Shown here: in pieces, positions 17,273 to 26,861 of the stretch
Layout: each line of letters opens with the position of its first letter
Position numbering within the stretch: position 1 is the stretch's first letter
Origin: an uncultured SAR86 cluster bacterium
GTDB lineage: Bacteria > Pseudomonadota > Gammaproteobacteria > Magnimaribacterales > AG-339-G14
Assembly (NCBI GenBank): GCA_902587545.1
Contig: CACILL010000001.1
Coordinates: 396,022 to 460,021 of the forward strand
Length of the DNA stretch: 64,000 bases
Direction of reading: 5' to 3'
The notes under the pieces: model-generated
Database searches by the model: none
Told to the model about the DNA's origin: nothing
The model's input: the letters and a program-made list of their open reading frames with translations, nothing else
Position numbers and translations under genes: made by a program

Positions 17273-20266
17273 ATGCGTATCAGAACAGTATTAATTGGGA
17301 TTGGCCTAGCAGGAAACTTGCTGCTGGCCCTTTCCCTATTTTTTTTGTTTAACTATAGAGATACCACCCAAAAAAGTTTCGCAAATGAGTCTCTGGTTTC
17401 AACATATGAGGCTGCATGGTTTCAGACCCTCGAAACTTCAATTGACGCGATTTCTGCCTGGCTTCCAGTAACTGGAGAAAGAGGCAATTTTTGGGATCCC
17501 GAAAATCCTATATATCCTGAAGAGGAACTTTCCTCGCCTGAAGACGCTTATGCCAATCCATTAATCCAATTCATCACGGATAAAAACATTGGGGAAGCGG
17601 GATATCTCCTGGATCTAATGTTTGAATTTGATTTGGATGAAGGGAATTTAAGTTTTATTAAAGCTTATTATCCAAATGGGCAGAGGTTTTATTGTTCTAG
17701 CGCACTGGACTTATCTGGAATCGATGCATGTAGTCCTCAAGCGAAAAATGAATACGATAATAATCTTGAAGAATTTCTTGTTGATGCAGGCAAGAGACCA
17801 AGAAGATTTTTACAAAAAATCATAGACTCATCTGGAGAAAAAATTTCTACCTTAAACCAAATGATGGCCTTCCCGATAAAGGCTTTTAGCAGAAATGCTG
17901 AAGCAATTATTGTCATGGGAATAGATGTAAGAAAGTCGATGGAGACCTTTGGTGATGAATTTGAACTTGTTACGGCAGTGCAAACTGAAGAAGGAATCAT
18001 TTCGTTGGGCGATGATTATGCTAGATATGAATCTGGCTTGGAGTTGGACGAAACTTCTAATTTTGGAATTACCAACATTAAAGGTCATGTTGATAAGGCA
18101 AATTCAAACTTGGAAGAATTTGGCAACAGGACGTCAACCAGGGATTCTGATTTAGGCTCACTAATAACTCTACTGCCTTTGAGTTCATACCTTTCCTCAG
18201 ATAAAGCACAATTATTTATTTTTAGAGATGAAAGCGAAAGTATCGCTCAGGAAAATGCGATCTTAAATACAATTTACATAATAATTACAATTGTAATTTT
18301 CTTAGTGATTGCCTTAACTTCAGGAATTCTTGCTAGTGTCTTTGGGTCGGTAAATAAAGCAATTGAAGTTTTACAGGCTCTCACCAGTGGAGACTTATCT
18401 AAAACCATGCCGCAAAGAAGAGGTCTTTTGAGGTCAGAAAATGATGAGGTTGGTGAGCTTGCAAAAGCCCTGGAAATTTATAGAGGCCATCTAAATGAGA
18501 TGGAAAATATCAGAACTGAACAGGCACGCAGAAGAAAAGAAAGGGATACTGCGATCATAGAAAAAATGAGTATTCTTGCAGATGAGCTTGAAGGAGATTC
18601 AAGAACGTTAATTCTTAACGATATTAATAAAATGCAAAATCTAGCTCAAGAAAGCTCCCAGGATAAAGGAGAAGAAGCTTCAGTTGAATTAATGACAGTT
18701 GCATTCACAAGAATGGCAGATGAAGTACAAGTTCTTATAGACACAAGGACTAAAGAGATGGAGGAGTCTCGAGATGAAGCGCTTGAAGCAAATGAACAAA
18801 GGAGTAAATTTTTTGCCAATATGAGTCACGAACTCAGAACGCCATTGAATGCAATTTTAGGATACGGCGAGATGCTTTATGAAGAGTGCGAAGATTTAGG
18901 TTATGAAGATTTAATGCCTGATCTAAAGAAGATTACTACTTCTGGAACACATCTGTTATCTCTAATTAATAATATTTTGGATCTTTCAAAAATAGAGTCT
19001 GGAAAAATGGAGCTTTTCATCACCAGCTTCGAGATTGAAAAAATGGTTGAAACTCTTAGAGATATAAACGCACCTTTGGCAGCTAAAAACGACAATGGCT
19101 TCAAGATAAATATTCAAGAAGCTATAGGATCAATGTCCCAAGACGAAACGAAGCTCAGACAGTGTGTTACAAATTTCTTAAGCAATGCCTTCAAATTTAC
19201 AAATAGCGGCTTAGTAACCTTAGATGTTAATTCTTTCATGAAGGATGAAGTAGAAATGATTGAATTCAAGGTGACAGACGATGGAGAAGGCATGAGCGAA
19301 GAAGGTGTAGCGAAAGTCTTCGAAGAATATGAACAAGCTGAAAGATCAACCTCTGCAACTCATGGTGGAACAGGCCTAGGCCTGCCTATCAGTAAAAGAT
19401 TTGCTGAATTAATGGGTGGTGGCGTAACAGTATCCAGTGAAAAAGGAGCTGGATCTGTATTTTCAATTTTTATTCCTAGAATCTGTGATGAATCTGAAGA
19501 ACTCGAAAATGAAGAAATTTCTTCCTTAGAGGGAGAAAACTTATGTGTGCTAATTGATGATGATATAGCAATGCATGACTTAATAAAAAGGACAGTAAAA
19601 AAAGCAGGTATGACGTTAATTGGAGCAACCAATGGCGAACAAGGCCTGAATATGATTAGGGAGTCAAAACCAAAGCTCATTTTATTAGATGTTTTGATGC
19701 CAGGAAGAGATGGCTGGTCCATCCTAAAAGAATGCAAATCTGACGAATCTATAAAAGATATTCCAGTGATAATGGTTTCCCAAATGTCGCAGGAGACTTT
19801 AGCATTTTCCTTGGGAGCAGATGATTATCTCACCAAGCCAATAGACCGGGATAAATTCCTTAAAGTGGTAACAAACCTTTTAAGCAGCTCAACAAACAAA
19901 AGAATCTTAGTTGTCGATGATGATTCAAATACAAGAGACATTTTGGGAAGAGCTTTAAATGATGCTGGTTTTGAAGCCTTTTTAGCTAGAGATGGAAAAG
20001 AAGGGCTTGAGAATTTAGATAAAAATCCAGCACTTATTGTCCTAGACCTAGAAATGCCACGCATGGACGGTTTTGAATTTTTAGAAAACTTTGTTGAGAT
20101 GGATTTTGAAGATAAACCTAATATTCTTGTTTATTCAGGAAAAGATTTGTCAGAGGTACAAGAAGAACTTCTAAGAAAGAACGTTGCTGGTCTGGTTAAA
20201 AAGGACGAAGTATCCATTAATCAACTTCCAGGGATGGTCACTAAATTACTAGGGGCTAAGAGCTAA
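17273..20266 (+). CDS. Hybrid sensor histidine kinase: periplasmic sensor, HAMP-like linker, HisKA, HATPase and two REC domains
   Basis: Two TM helices flank a roughly 310-aa extracytoplasmic region. The H-box is MSHELRTPLNAILGY and the ATPase G-boxes are DDGEGM and GGTGLGL. The receiver Asp motifs are LILLDVLMP and LIVLDLEMP. Confidence 0.9.
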   Translation: MRIRTVLIGIGLAGNLLLALSLFFLFNYRDTTQKSFANESLVSTYEAAWFQTLETSIDAISAWLPVTGERGNFWDPENPIYPEEELSSPEDAYANPLIQFITDKNIGEAGYLLDLMFEFDLDEGNLSFIKAYYPNGQRFYCSSALDLSGIDACSPQAKNEYDNNLEEFLVDAGKRPRRFLQKIIDSSGEKISTLNQMMAFPIKAFSRNAEAIIVMGIDVRKSMETFGDEFELVTAVQTEEGIISLGDDYARYESGLELDETSNFGITNIKGHVDKANSNLEEFGNRTSTRDSDLGSLITLLPLSSYLSSDKAQLFIFRDESESIAQENAILNTIYIIITIVIFLVIALTSGILASVFGSVNKAIEVLQALTSGDLSKTMPQRRGLLRSENDEVGELAKALEIYRGHLNEMENIRTEQARRRKERDTAIIEKMSILADELEGDSRTLILNDINKMQNLAQESSQDKGEEASVELMTVAFTRMADEVQVLIDTRTKEMEESRDEALEANEQRSKFFANMSHELRTPLNAILGYGEMLYEECEDLGYEDLMPDLKKITTSGTHLLSLINNILDLSKIESGKMELFITSFEIEKMVETLRDINAPLAAKNDNGFKINIQEAIGSMSQDETKLRQCVTNFLSNAFKFTNSGLVTLDVNSFMKDEVEMIEFKVTDDGEGMSEEGVAKVFEEYEQAERSTSATHGGTGLGLPISKRFAELMGGGVTVSSEKGAGSVFSIFIPRICDESEELENEEISSLEGENLCVLIDDDIAMHDLIKRTVKKAGMTLIGATNGEQGLNMIRESKPKLILLDVLMPGRDGWSILKECKSDESIKDIPVIMVSQMSQETLAFSLGADDYLTKPIDRDKFLKVVTNLLSSSTNKRILVVDDDSNTRDILGRALNDAGFEAFLARDGKEGLENLDKNPALIVLDLEMPRMDGFEFLENFVEMDFEDKPNILVYSGKDLSEVQEELLRKNVAGLVKKDEVSINQLPGMVTKLLGAKS

Positions 20267-20628
20267 GTGCTTAAGTTTGACTCGATTTTTTCTAAAAGCC
20301 TCTTAAAATCAACTGGCTTTGTATCGAAGTCGTCTGCGCCACACTCTAAGGCCTTTTGCCTATCATGCTCCATTGCGTGAGCAGTTAAAGCAATGATTGG
20401 AATATTTGATATCTCAGGATCTGCTTTTGCCTGAGTGGTAGCTTCCCAACCATCTAGAACAGGAAGACCCATATCCATTAAAACTAAGTCTGGGTTTTCC
20501 GATTTCATTTTATCAAGCCCTTCCTGACCATCGAAAGCAAAGATGACATCATATTCTCTTCTTGTCAGTCTTCTGCCTAACATGTCACGATTCATTTCAT
20601 TATCTTCAACGTAAAGAATCTTTTTCAT
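20263..20628 (-). CDS. Stand-alone response regulator receiver protein
   Basis: It is a 121-aa REC domain with VEDNEMN, LVLMDMGLP and TKP. Confidence 0.9.
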   Translation of the reverse strand: MKKILYVEDNEMNRDMLGRRLTRREYDVIFAFDGQEGLDKMKSENPDLVLMDMGLPVLDGWEATTQAKADPEISNIPIIALTAHAMEHDRQKALECGADDFDTKPVDFKRLLEKIESNLST

Positions 20629-20639
20629 AACTCTCTCCT

Positions 20640-22094
20640 TCAGCTATAAATAAACTGATTTCTTCCCCCCTCTTTTGCTTTGTAGAGTCTTTCATCTGCA
20701 AGGTTAACAAGTTCTTCTTGATCCTTAACCTCAGATGAATTAATTACTCCTCCACTTATAGTAATATTTATTTCAACATCTTGGAAGGGAATTGATAAGT
20801 CAACTACAGCCTTTCTAATATTCTCACAGTAGTCGTTTAAGCTCATTCCTTCTTTATTCTCTAAAACTGCAATAAATTCCTCTCCACCTACTCTGCCAAT
20901 AACGTTTTCACCGCAGGCATCTCTTAAGCCATTAGCAACTGCTTTCAGGACCTCGTCACCTCCAGGATGTCCATAAGTGTCATTTATGGATTTAAAAAAA
21001 TCTATATCCATAGAGAGCAAAGAAAATTCATAATCTTTTTCTTGACTCATTTTCTCGAAACATTCCTCAATTTTGTCAAAAACAACCTGTCTATTGTAAA
21101 TTCCGGTTAATGGGCAAGTAGTTGCCCTGAGATTCAATTCTTTCAAAAGTTCTTGTTCTCTTGTTCTGAAATATTTTGCTTCTAAGCTGGCAATTGATTT
21201 CGCCATTAAAATTGTTCCATTCAATGGTTTGGGAAGATAGTCTGAGGCGCCCAACTTTATACATTTAGCTGTACTATCAACATCATTGAATGCCGAAACC
21301 ATGATGATTGGTAGTTCATCTCTATCATGGTTCTTCCTAAATCTTTTTAGAAGCTCCAATCCATTTATATCCGGCAACATGACATCAAGTAAAATTAAAT
21401 CTGGCGTCTTGGCATCCACTTCTTCAATTGCAGTTGTCCCATCTAGAGCTACTCTGCAAGAAAGCCCATTTTGAGTTAATCTCCTTTCCAAAACTTCACA
21501 GTTAGTCTTGTTATCATCAACGATTAGCACATCGGATCCCTTGAGATAATCATCAATATCTAAACTGTAATCTATGTCTCCTAGGGATCTAAAGAGAGAT
21601 TCAGCATTTTGAATTTGGCCTTGTTCGGAATCTTCAGCTGCCTTTTCATTGAGATCACCTTTAATAAAATCCACAAATCTTTCTATAGCAGTTTCAGTTT
21701 CTCTTGATAAAGAAAGAATTGTATTTAAATCTTTAATGCATTCTTCCGATAAATCGTCCTCAAAATCTTCCATGAGTATCTCGCTATAACCAATAATTGC
21801 ATTTAAAGGTGTTCGAAGATTATGTCTAAGCTCTGAGTATTCTTGTGATGTTTTGGCTTGTTTGTCTGCGGCTGTATTTTCTCTAAAGGCATCTTCGTAC
21901 TGACTTAAAAGCTTATCTTCAGCCTCTTTGATTTGGTTAATCTCTGAACTGATATCAAGATTATTTTTTACGCCAAACTCTTCTACCAAATCAATGTATT
22001 GTTCGATAGCTTCAGCTGGAGCAGCGAACTCTTGTTTGATTTGAGCCAGTAATATTTTTTCGGCGCCTTTAGAAGGTTTTTCCGAAGCAGCCAT
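20640..22094 (-). CDS. H-box (DHp-like) - REC - GGDEF protein, a probable response-regulator diguanylate cyclase
   Basis: The N-terminal helical region carries the H-box SELRHNLRTPLNAIIGYSEIL but is followed by no ATPase region. Next come REC (LILLDVMLP, PKP) and GGDEF (GGEEF, DERLYKAKEGGRN). Confidence 0.85.
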   Translation of the reverse strand: MAASEKPSKGAEKILLAQIKQEFAAPAEAIEQYIDLVEEFGVKNNLDISSEINQIKEAEDKLLSQYEDAFRENTAADKQAKTSQEYSELRHNLRTPLNAIIGYSEILMEDFEDDLSEECIKDLNTILSLSRETETAIERFVDFIKGDLNEKAAEDSEQGQIQNAESLFRSLGDIDYSLDIDDYLKGSDVLIVDDNKTNCEVLERRLTQNGLSCRVALDGTTAIEEVDAKTPDLILLDVMLPDINGLELLKRFRKNHDRDELPIIMVSAFNDVDSTAKCIKLGASDYLPKPLNGTILMAKSIASLEAKYFRTREQELLKELNLRATTCPLTGIYNRQVVFDKIEECFEKMSQEKDYEFSLLSMDIDFFKSINDTYGHPGGDEVLKAVANGLRDACGENVIGRVGGEEFIAVLENKEGMSLNDYCENIRKAVVDLSIPFQDVEINITISGGVINSSEVKDQEELVNLADERLYKAKEGGRNQFIYS

Positions 22095-23188
22095 TAGAAT
22101 TCCTCCTCGAAATCTTTCAAAAACTGGGGTCTATGATGAAAATATCCTTGTCCTTTATGGCATCCAAGCTCTAAAAATGTTTTCTCTTGTTCCTCGGTTT
22201 CAATCCCTTCAGCTAGCATACCTAATTCCATGTTGTTACAAATTGTCACAACAAATCTAACAAGCTCTTGAGTGTCTTCTTCAGACACAGTTCTAGAAAA
22301 ATCCTTATCAAGCTTTACAAGAGTAATCGGCAAGTCTCTTAAATAACTCAATGAAGAGTAACCTGCTCCAAAATCATCCAGCGCGAGGGGTATTCCATGT
22401 TTTTTCAGTTTTTCAAAATACTCTGAAGCTCTAGACCTATCTTCAAGCTCTGCAGTTTCGGTTATTTCTAATCCTAAGTCACCTGGATTAAGATCATTCT
22501 CTTTTACAAAATCTAAAATCAAGTTGCAAAAGTTTTCTTGCATAACGGTATAAGCAGAAACATTTAAAAAAACTGTGAAATCTAATTTTTTGTCTTTCTT
22601 GAATGCAAAGATTTCCTTTAATTTCTGCATTGATGCAAGGACTACAAGAGAGAATAAGCTTTCTCCTTCAACTAAAGGAATTAATTGATCGTTTGGAATG
22701 ATGTCTCCGTTTTCGTCTTTAAGCCTTAGAAGAGTTTCTACGCTAACCAAGTCTCCCGTAGCGAGGTCATATTGTTTTTGGTAAGCCATATCTATTCGAT
22801 CATTTTCTAGACAAGAAATAGTATTTTTTAAAGCGTCTAAAGCCGCCTCAGACTGTGCTAATACCTCTATTAAAAAGAAGGATTCATCTTTGTCTAAAGG
22901 GATTTCATGGATTCTTGATCTTAAGAAAAATTTTATTTCTCTTAAGGAAAGTTCTAGGTCCGATTGAAATGACGAGCCGATGGCTTCTATTTTCTTAGAC
23001 GTACCGTGAGACAATATTGGAGCGATGCCAATATCATTTATTTCAGACGTATCAAAAACATATTGAGCGGATTGATTCATCCACTCTACTCCAACATCTT
23101 TACAAAAAATCAGATATGGACTGGGATGATGTTGCAGAGATTTAATTAAGTATTTAGCTTGTTGGTCTTCAATTATTGTCATCTTCAA
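22094..23188 (-). CDS. EAL-domain c-di-GMP phosphodiesterase with an unassigned roughly 120-aa N-terminal domain
   Basis: EAL catalytic blocks are present: VETLLRL, FLNVS, EITE, DDFGAGYSSLSYL, KLDKDF, AEGIETEEQ and GQGYFHHRP. Confidence 0.85.
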   Translation of the reverse strand: MKMTIIEDQQAKYLIKSLQHHPSPYLIFCKDVGVEWMNQSAQYVFDTSEINDIGIAPILSHGTSKKIEAIGSSFQSDLELSLREIKFFLRSRIHEIPLDKDESFFLIEVLAQSEAALDALKNTISCLENDRIDMAYQKQYDLATGDLVSVETLLRLKDENGDIIPNDQLIPLVEGESLFSLVVLASMQKLKEIFAFKKDKKLDFTVFLNVSAYTVMQENFCNLILDFVKENDLNPGDLGLEITETAELEDRSRASEYFEKLKKHGIPLALDDFGAGYSSLSYLRDLPITLVKLDKDFSRTVSEEDTQELVRFVVTICNNMELGMLAEGIETEEQEKTFLELGCHKGQGYFHHRPQFLKDFEEEF

Positions 23189-23648
23189 TTAGTTCCTCTA
23201 CAACTTCAACGAAGCTGTCATTAAATGTATTTTTCATGAAAGACCATAGTTTCAAATGATATTTTGATTTAAAAAGTGTTTTGAAAGATCTTTTGTAATT
23301 GTCCCATTCTCCTTTGTCGATCATTCCAATTGTATATTGATAGTGTTGGTTTTCTCTAGACCGTAACATTATGCTGAAATACGACATGTATTTAGCGTCT
23401 TCTTCAGGAGTAAGTTCCTCATCGTTTCGCAGTTTTAACTTAATCTTAACCATGCTTTTTTTCATGCCTTCTAAAGCAATTTCTTGATGACTATCAGCGA
23501 CATTCTGCCTAGCATTTGCTCTCGCTACTCTGTTTTGCTCTCTCATTTCTTGTATTAAATAGTAAATTGAAGCTACTGCTCCAATTGCTGCCAATGCTCC
23601 AACAATGCTATTAAAGTACTCAATAAAAAAATTCATGTTTTGTTCCAA
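23169..23648 (-). CDS. Hypothetical single-TM protein of 159 aa
   Basis: It has an N-terminal TM helix followed by a charged helical region. It overlaps the EAL gene start by 20 nt. I recognise no family. Confidence 0.5.
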   Translation of the reverse strand: MEQNMNFFIEYFNSIVGALAAIGAVASIYYLIQEMREQNRVARANARQNVADSHQEIALEGMKKSMVKIKLKLRNDEELTPEEDAKYMSYFSIMLRSRENQHYQYTIGMIDKGEWDNYKRSFKTLFKSKYHLKLWSFMKNTFNDSFVEVVEELIEDDNN

Positions 23649-23699
23649 AAATTGAGAATGATAAGCTTAATTGTTTTGCTCGTTTATTTAAACGATTTT

Positions 23700-24383
23700 T
23701 TAAAATAAATAAGGGATGAGTCTTGCTTTAACTTTTTTACAATAATCTTCATAACCTTCTAAATCGTTAAGAAGAGTTTTTTCTTCAACGTTTATTCTCG
23801 ATCTCAAAGCTATTGCTAAAAAAATCAGACTTAGAAAAAGTGATAGATAAGTACCTAACCAAACATTTACTCCAATTATAAAAAAAATAAAACCCGTATA
23901 CATTGGATGTCTCACCATGGAATAAATGCCTGTATCTATAACTTTCTGACCTCTTTCTTCTTGAATGGTGACAGTAGTTTCCGCAAACTCATTTGCATTC
24001 ATTGACGCCATAACAAAAAGCATGCCAAGGATATAAATAGCCAAGCCAATATTTTTTATATTGCCTTCAAAACTAGAAGAGAGGTTTAAATGAAAAATAT
24101 CTATCGGCGCCAAAGATAGTCCCACAACAATTGCAGATAACATCAAGACTGTTGCTAGTCTGTCTTCTTTTGGCTGAGTCTTTGAATCGTAATTCATTCG
24201 AGCTTCAATACTTGCTGGCTTAACAATGAGCAAGTATGCAGAAGCTAGAATTGTTATCAGAAAGTGAATGGTAAGAAACAAAAGTGCATCTGGCCAATTT
24301 AGTGTTAAAGCAGGTAAATATAAAAAAATACCCAACAATGCGGTTTGAAAAAGTAGCCCAAAGAAAGTTTTTACCCATAACAT
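23700..24383 (-). CDS. Isoprenylcysteine carboxyl / phospholipid methyltransferase-family membrane protein
   Basis: It is polytopic and carries the family motif RHPMYTG. Confidence 0.7.
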   Translation of the reverse strand: MLWVKTFFGLLFQTALLGIFLYLPALTLNWPDALLFLTIHFLITILASAYLLIVKPASIEARMNYDSKTQPKEDRLATVLMLSAIVVGLSLAPIDIFHLNLSSSFEGNIKNIGLAIYILGMLFVMASMNANEFAETTVTIQEERGQKVIDTGIYSMVRHPMYTGFIFFIIGVNVWLGTYLSLFLSLIFLAIALRSRINVEEKTLLNDLEGYEDYCKKVKARLIPYLF

Positions 24384-24420
24384 GTTTGTTCTCCAAAGTT
24401 ATGTTATCAAATATCCTTAA

Positions 24421-25257
24421 TTAGTTGTTTTTTACTAAAAACTTTTCAACTGCCTTTGAAAAAATATCGTTTTTATCGCCTGCTACCATGTGCGCTGCAT
24501 TGCTAATTTCTTCAAATTCTGCGTGAGAAACTATTTTTAAGAAATAATCTTTATCTTCCTCTGTTAAAACGTCACTAAGTCCTCCTCTTATTAATAATGT
24601 AGGAATATTTAAAAAATTAGCAGCTTTTTCCAAATGGCCAAAATATTCTTTTATATCTTGGCCTTGCCTGCCTTGGAGGAACTTAGGATCCCAATGCCAG
24701 TAAAACCTGTCATCCTTTTTTCTTAGGTTTTTATGCAATCCACTTAAGTCTTTTGGTTTTTCTCTGTGGGGTAAAAAATCAGATATATAAGCTGCAGCTT
24801 CCTCTAAAGATGAAAATCCATTTTCGGCAGATCTCATAAATTCTACAATTCTGTCCGAACCATCTTGATTGGGATAAATGCCTATATCTACCATCGTGAG
24901 CGTTTTGCATAAACCTGAATAATCCGGATCTCCAGCCAAAGACAAAGATGTCATTCCTCCAAGGGAAGCTCCAACCAAATTTGCAGGCTTTTCATATTGT
25001 TTAATTATCGAGATTAAATCTTTTTTATGATCATGAATCTTGTAGTCTCCTGTTTCTGACCAAAAACTATCTCCATGTCCTCTAAGATCATAAGTAATAA
25101 CGTGAAAGCCTTTTTTTGAAATATTTTCTGCGGCATTGTCCCAAGCGAATCTAGTCTGACCACCGCCATGTAAGAAAATTACTAGAGGATCAGATTCTTC
25201 ACCATAGATGGAGCCGGCAATATCATTACCCTCAAAATTTTTGAAAACTTTTAACAT
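24421..25257 (-). CDS. Alpha/beta hydrolase (putative esterase)
   Basis: It has the oxyanion-type HGGG motif, the nucleophile elbow GASLGG and a C-terminal His region (AAHMV). Confidence 0.8.
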   Translation of the reverse strand: MLKVFKNFEGNDIAGSIYGEESDPLVIFLHGGGQTRFAWDNAAENISKKGFHVITYDLRGHGDSFWSETGDYKIHDHKKDLISIIKQYEKPANLVGASLGGMTSLSLAGDPDYSGLCKTLTMVDIGIYPNQDGSDRIVEFMRSAENGFSSLEEAAAYISDFLPHREKPKDLSGLHKNLRKKDDRFYWHWDPKFLQGRQGQDIKEYFGHLEKAANFLNIPTLLIRGGLSDVLTEEDKDYFLKIVSHAEFEEISNAAHMVAGDKNDIFSKAVEKFLVKNN

Positions 25258-25264
25258 CTATGAG

Positions 25265-25825
25265 TTAGATCCACTGAGTTACAAATTCAGAGGTGTCCAT
25301 TTCAGGAATCTTTTTTTGTTTTCCAGAAGCTGTGCCTACGTAAAGATATCCGATTACTTTTTGATTTTCTTTTAATTCGAGATACTTGGAAATTTTTTCA
25401 TTAAGAGCAAAAACTCCGGTTCTCCACATGCCAGCATAATTTAGAGCATTTAATGCAAGTAATATATTTTCCGCAGCAGCCGCTGTAGAGAGCATTTGCT
25501 CTATTTCAGGAACTTTTGGATGCGTCTTGATTTCAGAAATTAAAATGACAATCATTGGTGCACGAAAAGGTGCCTCTCTATATTTTTGCAATGTCTCATC
25601 GGTAACATCCTCAATGTTGTCCTTAGCAAAATCTACAAAAATGGATGAAAGTTTTTCTAAGCCCTTGCCCGTTACTTGAATAAATCTTGAGGGTCTTTGC
25701 CAAGCATGATCGGGCGCTCTTAGAGCAGCCTGATAAATTAGCTCCATTTCTTTTTCAGAAGGATAAGGTTCAGACAATTCTCTGGGAGAGTTTCTATTGA
25801 GAATATTATTTAGTGCTTCATTCAT
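25265..25825 (-). CDS. NAD(P)H nitroreductase family protein
   Basis: The nitroreductase-like pattern RAPDHAWQRPSRF is present, and the length is 186 aa. Confidence 0.75.
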   Translation of the reverse strand: MNEALNNILNRNSPRELSEPYPSEKEMELIYQAALRAPDHAWQRPSRFIQVTGKGLEKLSSIFVDFAKDNIEDVTDETLQKYREAPFRAPMIVILISEIKTHPKVPEIEQMLSTAAAAENILLALNALNYAGMWRTGVFALNEKISKYLELKENQKVIGYLYVGTASGKQKKIPEMDTSEFVTQWI

Positions 25826-25831
25826 TGTTAC

Positions 25832-26431
25832 TTAATTTTCCTTATGTCCTGACATCTTATCCCAAGCTTTGACTTTATTTTCTGAAATACCAGCTTCGAT
25901 TACATCTGCACGAAATCTTTTATAAGTATAGGGAATAATAAGTTTTCTTGTTTTGAAGATAAAAACTGCTATTCCCCAGACGTTAAATAAAATACAAATG
26001 ATAAAAATTTCTACTCTGATTAGATCGGAAAACAATAAAAACATGGTAATTGAAAGATATGTCTCAGGCTTAGTTAAGAACATAGCTATTCCCACTTTTC
26101 CTGGGGGCATAATCATCCACAAAAGCATCATTACCAGTGCCAGACCGATAAATAGGAGTTCAATTTCAAATCTAGTGACTGCACCCTCTATGATGCCGTT
26201 TAAAGCAATGAAACCTAGAAAAAAACAAACAATGGCATGAAATTTATGTTGCATTTTATCTTCCATGAATAAATACGCATTTAATTTTCCATTGAGGTTT
26301 GTCCAAGAAGGTAGTTTTCTAAAGAAATCATCAAAGATTTCAAAGATACCTAGGCCTAAATAAACTATTGCTTCAACCCAAAGAACTATTTTTAGAGCTA
26401 GTGTTAATTCAAAAAGCTCTGTTGAAGTCAC
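25832..26431 (-). CDS. Hypothetical polytopic membrane protein of 199 aa
   Basis: It has about 5 hydrophobic helices. I recognise no family. Confidence 0.5.
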   Translation of the reverse strand: MTSTELFELTLALKIVLWVEAIVYLGLGIFEIFDDFFRKLPSWTNLNGKLNAYLFMEDKMQHKFHAIVCFFLGFIALNGIIEGAVTRFEIELLFIGLALVMMLLWMIMPPGKVGIAMFLTKPETYLSITMFLLFSDLIRVEIFIICILFNVWGIAVFIFKTRKLIIPYTYKRFRADVIEAGISENKVKAWDKMSGHKEN

Positions 26432-26450
26432 TTATTCTGGAATAAAAGTT

Positions 26451-26855
26451 TTAACCAAATACAGTGGTGACCAAGACAGGTCCTGAAATGATCATTGCCC
26501 ATATTGCTTGAATCAATATCACTAGCCAAGAGAAAAGAATCCCCATTTGTCTAAAAATGACATGTCCACCACCAGTTAATGCATAAGCATGCAAAACTCT
26601 AGAAAAGACGAATAAATCCCCAAATATGATAATTGCTAAGTCTGGGATCTCGGCAATAATTTCGAGTGCAAACGATAAAGCAAGAAAAATAAGAGCATAT
26701 TCAATAAAGTTCCCATGTGCTCTTTGAGCAGCCAATAATTCTTCACTATCCCCAGTACCCAGGCTAATTTCAGTTTTAAGTCTTTGTCTTACAGTAAGAA
26801 AAGATAGAATAATTGCAAAAAGACCGAGAACCCCTGCATAGAATAAACTTATCAT
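26451..26855 (-). CDS. MAPEG family membrane protein
   Basis: It is 134 aa with 4 TM and carries the RAHGNFIEY motif typical of MAPEG/MGST-like proteins. Confidence 0.65.
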   Translation of the reverse strand: MISLFYAGVLGLFAIILSFLTVRQRLKTEISLGTGDSEELLAAQRAHGNFIEYALIFLALSFALEIIAEIPDLAIIIFGDLFVFSRVLHAYALTGGGHVIFRQMGILFSWLVILIQAIWAMIISGPVLVTTVFG

Positions 26856-26861
26856 TTAAAA

